A stretch of 64,000 nucleotides of DNA, from positions 32,001 through 96,000 of the forward strand of contig OY970323.1 in the NCBI GenBank assembly GCA_963716985.1, written 5' to 3'. The position numbers and the translations under genes are program-made. This document shows positions 49,739-60,286 of the stretch, in pieces. The stretch is from an uncultured bacterium. GTDB taxonomy: Bacteria > Chlamydiota > Chlamydiia > Chlamydiales > SM23-39. The notes below the pieces were generated by a model that searched no databases, was not told the DNA's origin, and saw only the letters and a program-made list of their open reading frames with translations. The first letter of the stretch is position 1; each line of letters opens with the position of its first letter.

Positions 49739-50278
49739 GTGGATACCAAAGAAACCATTCGCAACACCCTTCGAGAGATCAGAAAAAATATCAAACCGAA
49801 AAGGCGCGAAGAGGCAAGGAAAAACGCCTTTCTTTTTCTGAAGGTGCGGCTGGCTCAGTTTCAAAGGATTCTCTCCTTTGTAAGCACGCAAGAAGAACTC
49901 GACCTGACCCCTCTCAACGAATGGCTCTGCTCCGAAAAAAAACTCTACCTTCCCAAAATCCATGAAAACCATCTGCTCGTCTTCCAGGTCAAAGATCTTA
50001 AGACTGAGCTGCTTTTCCATTCTCGCTTTCCCATTCAAGAGCCCAATGACAAACTCTGTAAGGAAGTCTCTCTTTCCGCGATCGATTGCATTCTTGTTCC
50101 CGCAATTGCTTTTGACGCGAAAAGATACCGCTTAGGATTTGGAAAGGGATTTTACGATCGTTTGTTGGAAAAAAGCCACGCCCATTCCATCGGGATCGGA
50201 TTTAAGGAACAGATGAGCCCCTCGTTACTTCCGATAGAGCCGCATGATCAAAAACTCTCTGAGCTTGCCCTATTTTGA
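49739..50278 (+). CDS. ygfA: 5-formyltetrahydrofolate cyclo-ligase
   Basis: IDCILVPAIAFD..YRLGFGKGFYDRLL, PIEPHD. Confidence 0.93.
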   Translation: MDTKETIRNTLREIRKNIKPKRREEARKNAFLFLKVRLAQFQRILSFVSTQEELDLTPLNEWLCSEKKLYLPKIHENHLLVFQVKDLKTELLFHSRFPIQEPNDKLCKEVSLSAIDCILVPAIAFDAKRYRLGFGKGFYDRLLEKSHAHSIGIGFKEQMSPSLLPIEPHDQKLSELALF

Positions 50279-50683
50279 AGGAGGGCAGGCGGGACAGGGC
50301 GGACATTGAGGGCATTTCGGCTTTTCTTCTCCCTCTTGTTTTGGCTGACAGAAATGAAGCCCCGGACAGGCCATCGCCCGCACGTTGGCGGCTGTCGAAA
50401 CGTCATTGCACATGGAAAAGTTCTCGCCATGGGAACACCTCCAAATCACCGTATAGGGCGTTTGCGAAGAGGAGGGAGTGGTGGGAATCTTTAAGGGAGT
50501 TGTCGACACATTTTCTGCCCAATTGGCCTGCTCGCCCGGCTGCACGACAGTCTGCCCCAAATAGACGCCGCTGGCAGAATAGACAACAGCCGTTAATTCG
50601 TAAGGGGTATCATTATATAAGACAAGAGAGCTTGCCCCTACCGAAAAGGCAAAAAGTAGAAATAAGAAAAAAAGTTTTTTCAT
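50270..50683 (-). CDS. Small secreted Cys/Pro-rich protein
   Basis: Signal peptide MKKLFFLFLLFAFSVGA and CPQCPPCPACPP tail. Start overlaps the oppA stop. Confidence 0.7.
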   Translation of the reverse strand: MKKLFFLFLLFAFSVGASSLVLYNDTPYELTAVVYSASGVYLGQTVVQPGEQANWAENVSTTPLKIPTTPSSSQTPYTVIWRCSHGENFSMCNDVSTAANVRAMACPGLHFCQPKQEGEEKPKCPQCPPCPACPPSK

Positions 50684-52260
50684 CGAGAGACCTCCACCCA
50701 TTTGAACTCCACATATCCTAAAGGAGATACGTAAACCCCTTTTATCTCATTTTTCTTTAAATAACAAAGAGATGCTTGATAGATCGGAATGATGGGCATC
50801 TCCTTCATGAGAACTTCTTGCGCTTCTTGCAAAAGCTGCTCCCTCATTTTTTTATTGGTCATATCCTCCGATTGGTCCAGAAGATGAATATACTCCTGGT
50901 TTTGCCAGAAGGTATGATTGCATTTTCCGTCTTTGTATTTAAAGAGCTCCAAAAAATTGATGGGATCGTTGAAATCGGCAAACCAGGAAGAAATGGCCAG
51001 CTGATAATTTCCTCTCGCAACCGCATCATAAAAAATCTTCGGCTCTACTGCCTGCAGCTCGACCGTCAGCCCAAGCGATTCTTTCCACTCTCTTTGAAGG
51101 GCCTGCGCAATCAGATGATTGACCTCTTGGGAAATATAAGAAAGTTTGATCGGAAGAATCTCTTCTTTTTTCATTCCGGTTTCTTGAAGAAATTCCTGAA
51201 AAAAAGTCGCAGCAGATGTTTCTCTTTGGCCTGCTTGTGAAGATAATAGAGCTGATGGGACAAGATCTGCCGTTGGAAGCTGGCCTCCGGGCAAAAGATG
51301 GGAAATCATAAACGAGCGATCGATCGAAGAAGAGAGCGCTTTTCGAAAGGATCTACATCCCAACAATCCCTTTGCATTCTCATCCGCAGTATTGACTCTT
51401 AAAAAGATGGTTCCCGAATAAAGAGCCGTGGAGAAAAGAGGACTCTGTTTCAAATTTTTCAAAGCATCCAAAGGGAGTGTGGAGAAGGGAGATCCTGCCC
51501 AGTCCAGATCGCCGGATTCAAACATCGAAAGCTCCACTTCGGGAGACACCATAATGAAAAAAATGGAGGGAAGCTTTACGTTTTTTTCATCCCAATAAGC
51601 GGCATTCTTTTCTACCCTCAAAAGATCTTGATGCTTCCATTGTTTCAGACAAAAAGGACCGTTGCAAATGAAGCCCTCTGCTTCGGAACACCAGGACTTT
51701 TTGGCCTCTTCTGCTTTTTTAGGAACCGCAAAGCTAATCGGCGTTGAAAGAATTTCTAAAAAATAGGGAGCCGCATGTTCCAATTCAACGATGAGGGTCT
51801 TGTCGTTCGGGGTATGAATGGCAATTTCGTCTACGGAAATCTTTCCTTCCTTAGCAGCCCTGGCCCCTTTTATTATATAGAGCTGTTCTGCGCGGGGAGA
51901 GGGAAACTGGGGATCCAATGATTTTCTCCAGCTATAAGCAAAATCATGTGCAGTGATCGGATCGCCGTTGCTCCAAAAAGATTCTCTGATCGTAAAAATA
52001 TATTGTTTGCCATCCGAAGAAACCTCGATCTTTTCCGCCAAAGCGCTCTCCGGCCTTCCTTCTCTGGAAACGCGTGTTAATCCTTCGAATAAAACACGGC
52101 ACATGCCACTTGAATTCAGATCTCTGGCTTTTCTTGGATCCAAGGTAATCGGCTCAGAACCTATATTGACACGCAAACCGCCTTTTGCCACAATCGAAGT
52201 TTGTTGTTGCGAACAGCTGGCAAGAAGTAAAAAAAGAAAAAGAGTTCGTAAAATTTTCAT
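50680..52260 (-). CDS. oppA: Oligopeptide ABC transporter substrate-binding lipoprotein
   Basis: Lipobox LASC, EPITLDP, LFEGL, WSNGDPITAHDF, NGPF, WFADFNDP. Confidence 0.92.
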   Translation of the reverse strand: MKILRTLFLFLLLASCSQQQTSIVAKGGLRVNIGSEPITLDPRKARDLNSSGMCRVLFEGLTRVSREGRPESALAEKIEVSSDGKQYIFTIRESFWSNGDPITAHDFAYSWRKSLDPQFPSPRAEQLYIIKGARAAKEGKISVDEIAIHTPNDKTLIVELEHAAPYFLEILSTPISFAVPKKAEEAKKSWCSEAEGFICNGPFCLKQWKHQDLLRVEKNAAYWDEKNVKLPSIFFIMVSPEVELSMFESGDLDWAGSPFSTLPLDALKNLKQSPLFSTALYSGTIFLRVNTADENAKGLLGCRSFRKALSSSIDRSFMISHLLPGGQLPTADLVPSALLSSQAGQRETSAATFFQEFLQETGMKKEEILPIKLSYISQEVNHLIAQALQREWKESLGLTVELQAVEPKIFYDAVARGNYQLAISSWFADFNDPINFLELFKYKDGKCNHTFWQNQEYIHLLDQSEDMTNKKMREQLLQEAQEVLMKEMPIIPIYQASLCYLKKNEIKGVYVSPLGYVEFKWVEVSR

Positions 52261-52314
52261 GCTTTTGCCTTTTTGAAGACTATCTTCTTAAATTTATCCC
52301 AAAGAGAAGAATTA

Positions 52315-53115
52315 ATGCACCACCTCTTTGTCCTATCATCTCTTCCAACGCCCGTCTTGAACACGCCCCATTTCTCTTGCGTCTTCGGCGGAAAAAATCG
52401 CGACCGCCTCCTTCTGGATGAAAAGGGGCATATGCGCGCTTTGGAATTCGTGGCGCTGAGCGGCACGCTTTTTCAAGTTCTTGAAGAATTTCCAGACTTT
52501 ATTCTGCGGGTAGCAATTCCCGGCTATTCTTCTCAGGGCATTTTTTTTATCGACTCGCGCTTCACCCGTCCTTGTGGGCCCGAAAAAGAAACCTTCTCTT
52601 CTTTGCCAAAACCAGATCTATTGCTCGCTCGACTTGAAAAACTTTTGGGAGTTTCCTATCTTTGGGGAGGAAATTATAGTCCCGGCATTCCGGAAATTTT
52701 CTCTTTTTACCCCCCCGCCGTAGCACTCGACCCCATAACAAAAAACCACTGGATGCTGAAAGGGGCTGACTGTTCGGGCATTCTTTATGAAATTACTGAA
52801 GGAAAAACACCGAGAAACACCTCCTCTCTCGTCCATTTTGGAGAGCCGGTTCCCATCGAGGGGTTGGAAATAAACCGCCTACCCTCCCTTTTGCGCCCGC
52901 TTGATCTGATTGTTTATGTGGGCCATTTGATCATCGTTTTTGATTCTTCTTCTACCATTGAAAGCCGCGAACGAAAGGGGGTAGTCAAAACTCCAATTGG
53001 AGAGAGGTTGGAAGAACTTTTTGCCACGCGAATACCCTCTAATTCATGGCCGATAGGGGAAAAAACAAGCAGACCTTCTTTTGTCATACGCCGCTTTCTG
53101 AAGGAAGACTCTTGA
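52315..53115 (+). CDS. NlpC/P60 (C40) family peptidase
   Basis: YLWGG, GADCSG (catalytic Cys), PRNTS, GHLII (catalytic His). Confidence 0.85.
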   Translation: MHHLFVLSSLPTPVLNTPHFSCVFGGKNRDRLLLDEKGHMRALEFVALSGTLFQVLEEFPDFILRVAIPGYSSQGIFFIDSRFTRPCGPEKETFSSLPKPDLLLARLEKLLGVSYLWGGNYSPGIPEIFSFYPPAVALDPITKNHWMLKGADCSGILYEITEGKTPRNTSSLVHFGEPVPIEGLEINRLPSLLRPLDLIVYVGHLIIVFDSSSTIESRERKGVVKTPIGERLEELFATRIPSNSWPIGEKTSRPSFVIRRFLKEDS

Positions 53116-53184
53116 AAGAAAGCGGTCTTCCGTGTTTTTTAGCAACTCTGCATATTGAAGTCCCCCCTGTCCCATCTGGAAGAG

Positions 53185-53218
53185 GAAAAGAGCCTCCAAA
53201 AGTTTGGAGGCTCTTTTC
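53185..53218. terminator. Perfect 16-bp inverted repeat, probable intrinsic terminator
   Basis: GAAAAGAGCCTCCAAA-AG-TTTGGAGGCTCTTTTC downstream of the NlpC/P60 gene. Confidence 0.75.
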
Positions 53219-53547
53219 TGAAATACTGAAAAAATGCCAGAGGGTCGGAATTTTTCAAGAATTTCGCTGCCTTTCGTTTTTCGAACAACAAAAATTCTCC
53301 ATTGCATCGAGTAAATGGCTTTACACTTGCCACAACAAATTGATCGTTAGAACATTAAGCCAAAAAAAATACACACAGGGCGTGTGTGAATATTTTTCAA
53401 AAAAGATTGATTTAGAGACTTTTGCGCTTCACAAAAAAAAACAATTGCTTGCAAAAAAAAATTTAATATGAGATACGAAAGGTAAGAAAAAAAAGCACGG
53501 TCGTTCGTGCACTAACAAACTTCCATTTAAGAAGGGGGAACAACCAA

Positions 53548-54582
53548 ATGAAATCAAAACTATTTAAACTCTTGCCGCTAGTGCTCTTTTCGCTCGCAGC
53601 AAGTGGCTATTGTAACACCGCCCCTGGCGAACAGCCTTCTGGCTACGATCAGGGAAATCCGATTCAAGCGAACCAAATGGCAAGTGGCTATAACTCACCT
53701 GCTCGAATCGATGTTGAAGGCGCATGGGATTTTTATCTCACCGGCAGCCTCATCTACTGGCAAGCCAGGATGGATGGACTGAGCCTGGGATCCTATGCGA
53801 ATTTGCCGAAGAGTGGCAAGGTTTTGAATACTGAGTTTGAATACAAACCCGGATTCAAAGTAGGCCTTGGCATGAATTCCACTTTTGACAATTGGACTTT
53901 CTATGGGGAGTATACCTGGATTCGCAATGAGTCGGATACTTCTCACACAGTTCCATTAACAGCTACATCAACTCCATTTTGGAATACACCATCTTTCACC
54001 AATGTAAGCAGCGAATGGGAACACCACAATAATATCGCCGATTTTATTATGGGCAGATCGTATTATGTGGGAACCCACTTAACCTTCATGCCATTTATTG
54101 GCGCCCGTGCTTACTGGATGGATCAAGATCTTGATGTAACATATACAGTATCGCCCACCACTTCTGCATTTTCGCATGGCGATGTTGACTCTTGGGCGAT
54201 CGGCGCTCGCACCGGCATCCAAACAAGCTGGCTTCTTGGAAAAGATTTCCGCTTGATTGGCAATGTTGCAGGAAGCTTGGCCTATCAGAAACTTGAAGCC
54301 GAAATCCAGGCGTATTCGGTAACTGGCGCAAATGCTTTTAGATACCAAAATGATCATGGACAAATCACTCCAAACATCGAAGGCGCCCTCGGACTCGGCT
54401 GGGGAGCTTATTTCTCCAATCGCGAATGGCACTTCGATTTTGCAGCTCTCTATGAGTTCCACTATTTCTGGAATCAAAATGCTATGCGCACTCTGTTGCA
54501 AGAAACAACATTAGTAGGCGCAGCCGGTTCTGGCGATTTGATGTATCAAGGCCTTACACTAACTGCAAGGCTTGACTTCTAA
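53548..54582 (+). CDS. MOMP-like porin (Legionella MOMP / Lpg1974 family), paralog 1
   Basis: Signal peptide, YNSPARID, FEYKPGFKVG, HFDF...YEFHYFWNQN, terminal GLTLTARLDF. Confidence 0.85.
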   Translation: MKSKLFKLLPLVLFSLAASGYCNTAPGEQPSGYDQGNPIQANQMASGYNSPARIDVEGAWDFYLTGSLIYWQARMDGLSLGSYANLPKSGKVLNTEFEYKPGFKVGLGMNSTFDNWTFYGEYTWIRNESDTSHTVPLTATSTPFWNTPSFTNVSSEWEHHNNIADFIMGRSYYVGTHLTFMPFIGARAYWMDQDLDVTYTVSPTTSAFSHGDVDSWAIGARTGIQTSWLLGKDFRLIGNVAGSLAYQKLEAEIQAYSVTGANAFRYQNDHGQITPNIEGALGLGWGAYFSNREWHFDFAALYEFHYFWNQNAMRTLLQETTLVGAAGSGDLMYQGLTLTARLDF

Positions 54583-54605
54583 TCGTTGATCGAAAAAAAA
54601 ATTCA

Positions 54606-54643
54606 GCGCCAGGAGGGATTCTTTCCTCTTGGCGTTTTTTTTT
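54606..54643 (+). terminator. Rho-independent terminator
   Basis: GCGCCAGGAGGGA-loop-TTCCTCTTGGCGT hairpin followed by a T-run. Confidence 0.85.
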
Positions 54644-55041
54644 GTCTGCACGGCAGGTTGAGTTACGCAAGGAACTCCCGATTCGCGTGGTGCAGGAAAA
54701 AAAGCCGAAGAAATATCGTCCCTTTCATCAGAATGTTTGCCAAAAATTTTCTGCATCAGAATTCTCTCTTCTCCGCTCCGTTGACGGGCCAGCCAAAATT
54801 TCTCCGCCGTCCTTGCTCACAATTTTATGAAAATGAATTCTTCTGAGATGTTTTACGACTCTGTTGCACGATCATTTTTTTCACAAAAAGTTCCCGCTTC
54901 TCTCCCTGAAGAACAAAAATCAGGAAAGTGGCTTTGCTCATTTGTTCTTGAACAAATTTCCAAAAAACATCTATAGTGTCTAAATAGTGAATAATTTTTC
55001 GTTTCAGAAAAACGCTTCGAATAAATATGGAGAAAAAAAAC

Positions 55042-56127
55042 ATGAGATCTTTTCTTTCAAAGGCTCTTCCTACGCTAACGGCTGCTCTTTTATCAGTGGC
55101 TTCAGTAGCAAGCGCTGACAATAAAGTTACCTATGATCAAGGATATCCGGTCGACGAAAGTCAGATGAAGGGTATCTATAACTCCCAAGCAAGCATCGAC
55201 GTAGAATCTTCCTGGGACTTTTATGTAAATGGCGGTTTTATCTACTGGTTTGCCAAAGAACAGGGCTTGGACTTTGGAGTGATGCAAACGCCTCGACTAT
55301 CGATAACGGGCTCTACCTATGACATGCTCGATTTTCCGTTCGAATATAAGCCCGGATTCAAAGCGGGAGTCGGAACCCATTTTGACTATGATGATTGGAA
55401 CGTTTATGCACAATATACGCGTTTGATGTTCCGAAAAAGTCACTATGTCGTAGATCCCGTGACCACCTCCGACCTTTTTTCAACGTGGGATTCTTCTCCT
55501 TATCTCACAAATCCCTACTTTGATCTTAAAACATGTTGGAAACTCAGCTTTAACATTGTCGATCTGGAATGTTCCCGTCCTTACTTTGTTGGGAAGAAAC
55601 TCTCCTTTACTCCTCATGCAGGTCTGCGAGGCGGTTGGATCAACCAAAGATACAATCTTACGGGCGGTGAGAAAACGCTCTCTACCCTGAGATCCTTGAA
55701 TAAATCCAACACATGGTTAACGGGCATTAAAGCCGGAGTAGATACCAATTGGACCATCGGCGGCGGATTTAGATTTCTCGGAAATGCTGCAGGCAGCTTG
55801 AACTATCAGCATTGCGAGGCAAATCAATTCATTGATACCTATGTTACCGCGCTCGGACCTAGCAGCACACATACCGTGATCAAAAGAATAGGAGATGAAA
55901 AAGGACAAATCACTCCCAATTTTGAAGCAGCGCTTGGCATGGGATGGGGAACCTATCTTGATAACAATAACTGGCATTTTGACATCACTGCAGCCTATGA
56001 ATTTACCTATTATTGGAATCAAAACAAAATGCGCAGCTTGAATGATGCAAGCTCCAATTTTATCGATGGCGATGCCGGCGATTTGATGTTGCATGGTCTC
56101 ACTATGAATGCAAGAGTTGATTTCTAA
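55042..56127 (+). CDS. MOMP-like porin, paralog 2
   Basis: Same motifs: FEYKPGFKAG, YEFTYYWNQN, GLTMNARVDF. GGAG lies upstream of the ATG at 55042. Confidence 0.85.
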   Translation: MRSFLSKALPTLTAALLSVASVASADNKVTYDQGYPVDESQMKGIYNSQASIDVESSWDFYVNGGFIYWFAKEQGLDFGVMQTPRLSITGSTYDMLDFPFEYKPGFKAGVGTHFDYDDWNVYAQYTRLMFRKSHYVVDPVTTSDLFSTWDSSPYLTNPYFDLKTCWKLSFNIVDLECSRPYFVGKKLSFTPHAGLRGGWINQRYNLTGGEKTLSTLRSLNKSNTWLTGIKAGVDTNWTIGGGFRFLGNAAGSLNYQHCEANQFIDTYVTALGPSSTHTVIKRIGDEKGQITPNFEAALGMGWGTYLDNNNWHFDITAAYEFTYYWNQNKMRSLNDASSNFIDGDAGDLMLHGLTMNARVDF

Positions 56128-56182
56128 TCGGTGCGCCATGAAAAAAGATTTAAAAATAGATGATCAAAAATGGAGAAAAAAC

Positions 56183-57253
56183 GTGAAACGCTCAATTAAG
56201 TTTTTTTATTTTGTTGCAGCGATCCCTCTTCTCTTATCGATGGCCTCAGCAAAAGAGCCCGTTATGGAAAAGAGCACCCCTTCTTTTGAGCAGGGACAAA
56301 CTGCAAAAGAAACAGAGATGACATGCGGGTACAATGCATCGTCAAGAATCGATGTCAACGGAGCTTGGGACGTCTTTATCAACGGATCTTATATCCTTTG
56401 GCAGCCCAGACAATCCGGCTTGGAGATTGCAATCAAACATGCTACATTACCTGCCAATACATCAAGTGATGTTCCAATGGATTTTGATTTCTTTTCCGGA
56501 TTCAAAGTTGCATTTGGCACAAACCTGAATCATGATAATTGGATGGCGATCGCAGAATATACGCGCCTTCATACACGCAATCATGTTTCTTCCACGGTAG
56601 ATGGCGTAAACTATATTTTGATGCCTCTTTGTGCGCCCTTCACAGGTTCTGTCACCGCTCCTGCTTCATTATCGGCAGACGGCCATTGGCAGCTCAAATA
56701 TGATATGATTGATCTTTCCTTTTGCCGCCCTTGCTATGTCGGTACCCACCTGACTTTCAAGCCCTTTTTTGGTCTGAGAGGCGGTTGGATCGATCAACAT
56801 TTGGATGTTCGCTATGTGACTTTGACAGGTTCGACTGTTGATTCCTGGAACAAGGAAAATACCTGGCTCATTGGACCAAGAGCCGGTATTGGAATGAATT
56901 GGCTTCTTGGCGCCGGATTTAGGTTGCTCGCCAATGGCGCCGGCAGCTTGAACTATCAGAATTTAGAGCCTCGTCATACGGAAAGTGTCGGCACAGTAAT
57001 GGTCGTCACTACCGCTAAAGAAGAAGACCATCAACTCTGCCCGAACCTAGAAGGAGATTTTGGTTTTGGTTGGGGAACCTACTTCGACAACAACAACTGG
57101 CATTTTGATCTTTTGGCTTCCTATCATTTCGAAGTCTACTGGGATCAGAATAACATGCGCAGTTTGCGCGATGAACTCAATGGCGGCGTCTATTCAAAAC
57201 CAGGCGCTCTTAACCTGCATGGTCTAACAGTAACCGCACAACTCGATTTCTAA
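56183..57253 (+). CDS. MOMP-like porin, paralog 3
   Basis: YNASSRID, GFKVAFG, YWDQN, GLTVTAQLDF. GTG start after GGAG. Confidence 0.85.
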   Translation: MKRSIKFFYFVAAIPLLLSMASAKEPVMEKSTPSFEQGQTAKETEMTCGYNASSRIDVNGAWDVFINGSYILWQPRQSGLEIAIKHATLPANTSSDVPMDFDFFSGFKVAFGTNLNHDNWMAIAEYTRLHTRNHVSSTVDGVNYILMPLCAPFTGSVTAPASLSADGHWQLKYDMIDLSFCRPCYVGTHLTFKPFFGLRGGWIDQHLDVRYVTLTGSTVDSWNKENTWLIGPRAGIGMNWLLGAGFRLLANGAGSLNYQNLEPRHTESVGTVMVVTTAKEEDHQLCPNLEGDFGFGWGTYFDNNNWHFDLLASYHFEVYWDQNNMRSLRDELNGGVYSKPGALNLHGLTVTAQLDF

Positions 57254-57278
57254 TCGCAGTTTCCAAACACAATATGCA

Positions 57279-57314
57279 GCGGGAAGAGGGAATCTCCTTC
57301 TTCCCGTTTTTTTT
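57279..57314 (+). terminator. Rho-independent terminator
   Basis: GCGGGAAGAGGG..CCTTCTTCCCGT hairpin plus T-run between the convergent porin and glk genes. Confidence 0.85.
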
Positions 57315-57324
57315 GACTAAAAAC

Positions 57325-58296
57325 TTAGATATTTTTCCTAGAATATATAGCCGCCCCTAGCAAAGGCGCTCTCTCATTGAGAATCACCTTGATGGGAATA
57401 TGGCGCAAAAGATCGGAAAACCGCCCCTTGTCCGCAAAAGAAGAAACAAAAGAACTCTTTTTCAGAAAATCAGGCAGAAGGGGGGCCATGCCGCCTCCTA
57501 TATAAACTCCTTGCAGAGCTAAAAACTTTAAAGCCAGATTACCCGCCTCTCTTCCATAGAGGGAAGAAAACCAGAGAAGCGCCTCTTCACAAAGCAGATC
57601 TTCTTTTTTAAGCGCTTTTTCTAGAATAAAAACGCTAGAGCCGCGCTCCTTCCAATGGCCTTGGGAGGCAGTTGTTTTTTTTTCCTGTTTTTTTTGCAAA
57701 AACGAAAGAAGAAAAACAAGTCCCGGCCCTGAAAGAATTCGTTCGTAAGAAACATGCCCATAGTGTTTTTTGAGCTCGCAAAAAAGCTCCCACTCTCTCT
57801 CATCGCTAGGAGAAAAATCAGAGTGGCCGCCCTCGCTTGCAAAAGGAATGAGTGTTTTTCCATTCCAAAAAAGCCCCGCCTCTCCAAGTCCCGTTCCGGC
57901 GGAAATAAGAGCTGCATTTGCGCCGGCTCTCACAACGCCCTTTTGGAGAACAAAAAAATCCTTTTCCTCAAGAACGGAAATTCCATATGCATTGGCTTCG
58001 AGATCATTGAGCAGGTCGACTTTTTCAACATTCCCTATTTTTTGAATGTTTTTTGCATCCACAACCCAAGGCAGGTTGGTGGCCTTCACCTGTCCGTTTA
58101 AAACAGGGCCTGCAACCCCAAGGCAAATGCGAGAAATTTTTCCGCGCCTCTTCTTCAGATATTCTTGTAAAAGCTCATCAAAAGAAGCAAACTGTGCACT
58201 GAAAAAAAACTCTTCTTCCTTGAGCTCAATCTTTCCTCTTCCGGCAACGAGAGCCAAACGAACCTTGGTCCCGCCGATATCTCCAACTAAAATCAT
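57325..58296 (-). CDS. glk: Glucokinase
   Basis: GDIGGT, AGPV, TNLPW, NDLEA, GTGLG, SEGGH, ERILSGPG. Confidence 0.95.
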   Translation of the reverse strand: MILVGDIGGTKVRLALVAGRGKIELKEEEFFFSAQFASFDELLQEYLKKRRGKISRICLGVAGPVLNGQVKATNLPWVVDAKNIQKIGNVEKVDLLNDLEANAYGISVLEEKDFFVLQKGVVRAGANAALISAGTGLGEAGLFWNGKTLIPFASEGGHSDFSPSDEREWELFCELKKHYGHVSYERILSGPGLVFLLSFLQKKQEKKTTASQGHWKERGSSVFILEKALKKEDLLCEEALLWFSSLYGREAGNLALKFLALQGVYIGGGMAPLLPDFLKKSSFVSSFADKGRFSDLLRHIPIKVILNERAPLLGAAIYSRKNI

Positions 58297-58394
58297 TTTT
58301 TACCTCTTTACCCATTGAAGCAAATTGCGGGCCAATTTTCACTATCTTTTCAAATCCATGCAAATTATCATAAGGAAAAGAAAGGAGCAGTTCT

Positions 58395-59447
58395 ATGTCG
58401 AGCGACAATCTGGAAAAAAAGAAGGCGTTGCAATTGGCCATTTCCCACATCCAAAAACAGTTTGGAGACGGGTCGATCATGACCTTGGGGCAGCATCCCG
58501 ACAATCGAGGGGTGGATATCATCAAAACGGGGGCTGTTTCTTTGGATATCGCACTCGGAATTGGCGGTGTTCCTAGAGGAAGAGTCGTTGAAATCTACGG
58601 CCCCGAATCTTCCGGAAAATCCACGCTGGCTCTTCATATCGTAGCCAACGCACAAAAAACCGGCGGCCTTGCTGCGTATATTGATGCAGAACATGCTCTC
58701 GATCCTTTCTATGCAGCTCGCATTGGGGTGAATATCGATGAGCTGATGATTTCGCAGCCCGACAGCGGAGAAGAGGCTCTGAACATCGCAGAAATCCTTG
58801 CCCGGTCCAACGCGATCGACGTCGTTGTGATTGACTCGGTGGCCGCCCTGGTTCCCAAGTCTGAGCTCGAAGGCGAGATTGGAGATTCCTTCATGGGCCT
58901 GCAGGCTCGAATGATGTCGCAAGCGCTTCGGAAATTAACCTCGACTTTGGCAAAGAGCAAAACCTGCGCGATTTTTATTAACCAGATCCGAGAAAAAATC
59001 GGCATCATATTTGGAAACCCCGAAACCACAACAGGTGGAAGAGCCCTCAAATTTTATGCCTCCACGCGTTTAGAAATTCGCAGGGTTTCTTCGATCAAGG
59101 TAGCTGAGAATAAAGAGATCGGAAACCGCGTTCGCGTCAAAGTAGTGAAGAATAAAATGGCGCCTCCCTTCCAGACCGCGGAATTCGACATTCTCTTTGA
59201 CGAAGGAATTTCCCATACGGGAGCGTTGATCGACATTGGCGCAGAATATGGCATTCTAGAGAAAAAGGGCACCTGGTTTAGCTACAAAGGAACCCGCTTG
59301 GGGCAGGGAAGAGATGCCGTGCGATTGGAACTCAAAGAGCATCCAGAGATTGTGGTCGAGCTCGAAAAAGAGATTCTTGCGAAAGCAAAAGAAAAGCGCC
59401 CGCTCGCCGAAACAAAGGCAAAGGCGGAAGAGCCTCAAAGCGTTTGA
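58395..59447 (+). CDS. recA: Recombinase A
   Basis: [43 protein letters not shown]. Confidence 0.99.
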   Translation: MSSDNLEKKKALQLAISHIQKQFGDGSIMTLGQHPDNRGVDIIKTGAVSLDIALGIGGVPRGRVVEIYGPESSGKSTLALHIVANAQKTGGLAAYIDAEHALDPFYAARIGVNIDELMISQPDSGEEALNIAEILARSNAIDVVVIDSVAALVPKSELEGEIGDSFMGLQARMMSQALRKLTSTLAKSKTCAIFINQIREKIGIIFGNPETTTGGRALKFYASTRLEIRRVSSIKVAENKEIGNRVRVKVVKNKMAPPFQTAEFDILFDEGISHTGALIDIGAEYGILEKKGTWFSYKGTRLGQGRDAVRLELKEHPEIVVELEKEILAKAKEKRPLAETKAKAEEPQSV

Positions 59448-60286
59448 GAGAGCAAAAGAGCGATTTCTTGAAAGGCCTTTGTAAAAAGGCCCATTTCTTT
59501 GAGTGCGCGGACAAAGGCTTTGATTTCTTTCCGAACAAGAGCTCGCGCTTTTTCCTTTCCAAGAAAAGACGCCATGTTTTTTCGATTCTCTCTCTTTAAA
59601 TCCTCTTCAAGATCTTGCAAATCGTCGGCGATTTGAAACGCCATTCCCAAATGAAACGCGATCTTCTTGACTTTTTTCACAGAGGAAAGATCGCCTCCGC
59701 CAAAAATCCAGCCCAAAAGAAATGCGATCTCAAAAAGGGTGATCGTCTTTTGATAGATGATTTGACAAATCCCTTTAAAGGTGGGTTTCGATAGGCTCAA
59801 ATCAAGGAACTGGCCTCCGGTGGCGCCATTGATCCCCGCAGCACTCGAAGCCTCTTCTAGGGCCAAAACAAGGCGTTTTCCAAAAGAGCGATCTTTGATC
59901 TTTTTCGCGTTTTTCACGATTCTCTCGTAGCCCATGGAGATGAGAGAATAGCTCGCAAGCAGTGCCGTGTTTTCTCCAAATGCTCGATGAAGAGAGGGCT
60001 TTTCTCTTCTCATCTCTTCGTTATCCATGCAGGGAAGATCATCGGCGATCAGAGAGGCCGTGTGAAAAAATTCAACGGCCAGAGCAGAGGACATCACATT
60101 CCAATTTTTTCCAACAGCCTCTGCGACGCACAAGACAAGAAGAGGCCGCAAACGCTTTCCTCCGCTGGAAACAGAGTAGAGGCAAGCGCCATGCAAGGGA
60201 TTTTTTTCTTTGAAAGAGCGAAAGTATCTTTGCACTTCTGCTTCGAATTTTTTTCTAAATCTTTCGAGAAAAGGGCGCTCCATCAA
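59435..60286 (-). CDS. ispA: Geranyl/farnesyl diphosphate synthase
   Basis: [35 protein letters not shown]. Confidence 0.92.
   Translation of the reverse strand: MMERPFLERFRKKFEAEVQRYFRSFKEKNPLHGACLYSVSSGGKRLRPLLVLCVAEAVGKNWNVMSSALAVEFFHTASLIADDLPCMDNEEMRREKPSLHRAFGENTALLASYSLISMGYERIVKNAKKIKDRSFGKRLVLALEEASSAAGINGATGGQFLDLSLSKPTFKGICQIIYQKTITLFEIAFLLGWIFGGGDLSSVKKVKKIAFHLGMAFQIADDLQDLEEDLKRENRKNMASFLGKEKARALVRKEIKAFVRALKEMGLFTKAFQEIALLLSQTL

Noticed and set aside
53204..53212. TTGGAGGCT match to the predicted omega-RNA guide
   Set aside because: Only 9 nt, not followed by ATGA, and explained as one arm of a terminator hairpin.
58368..58922. 184-aa minus-strand ORF
   Set aside because: Shadow ORF antisense to recA.
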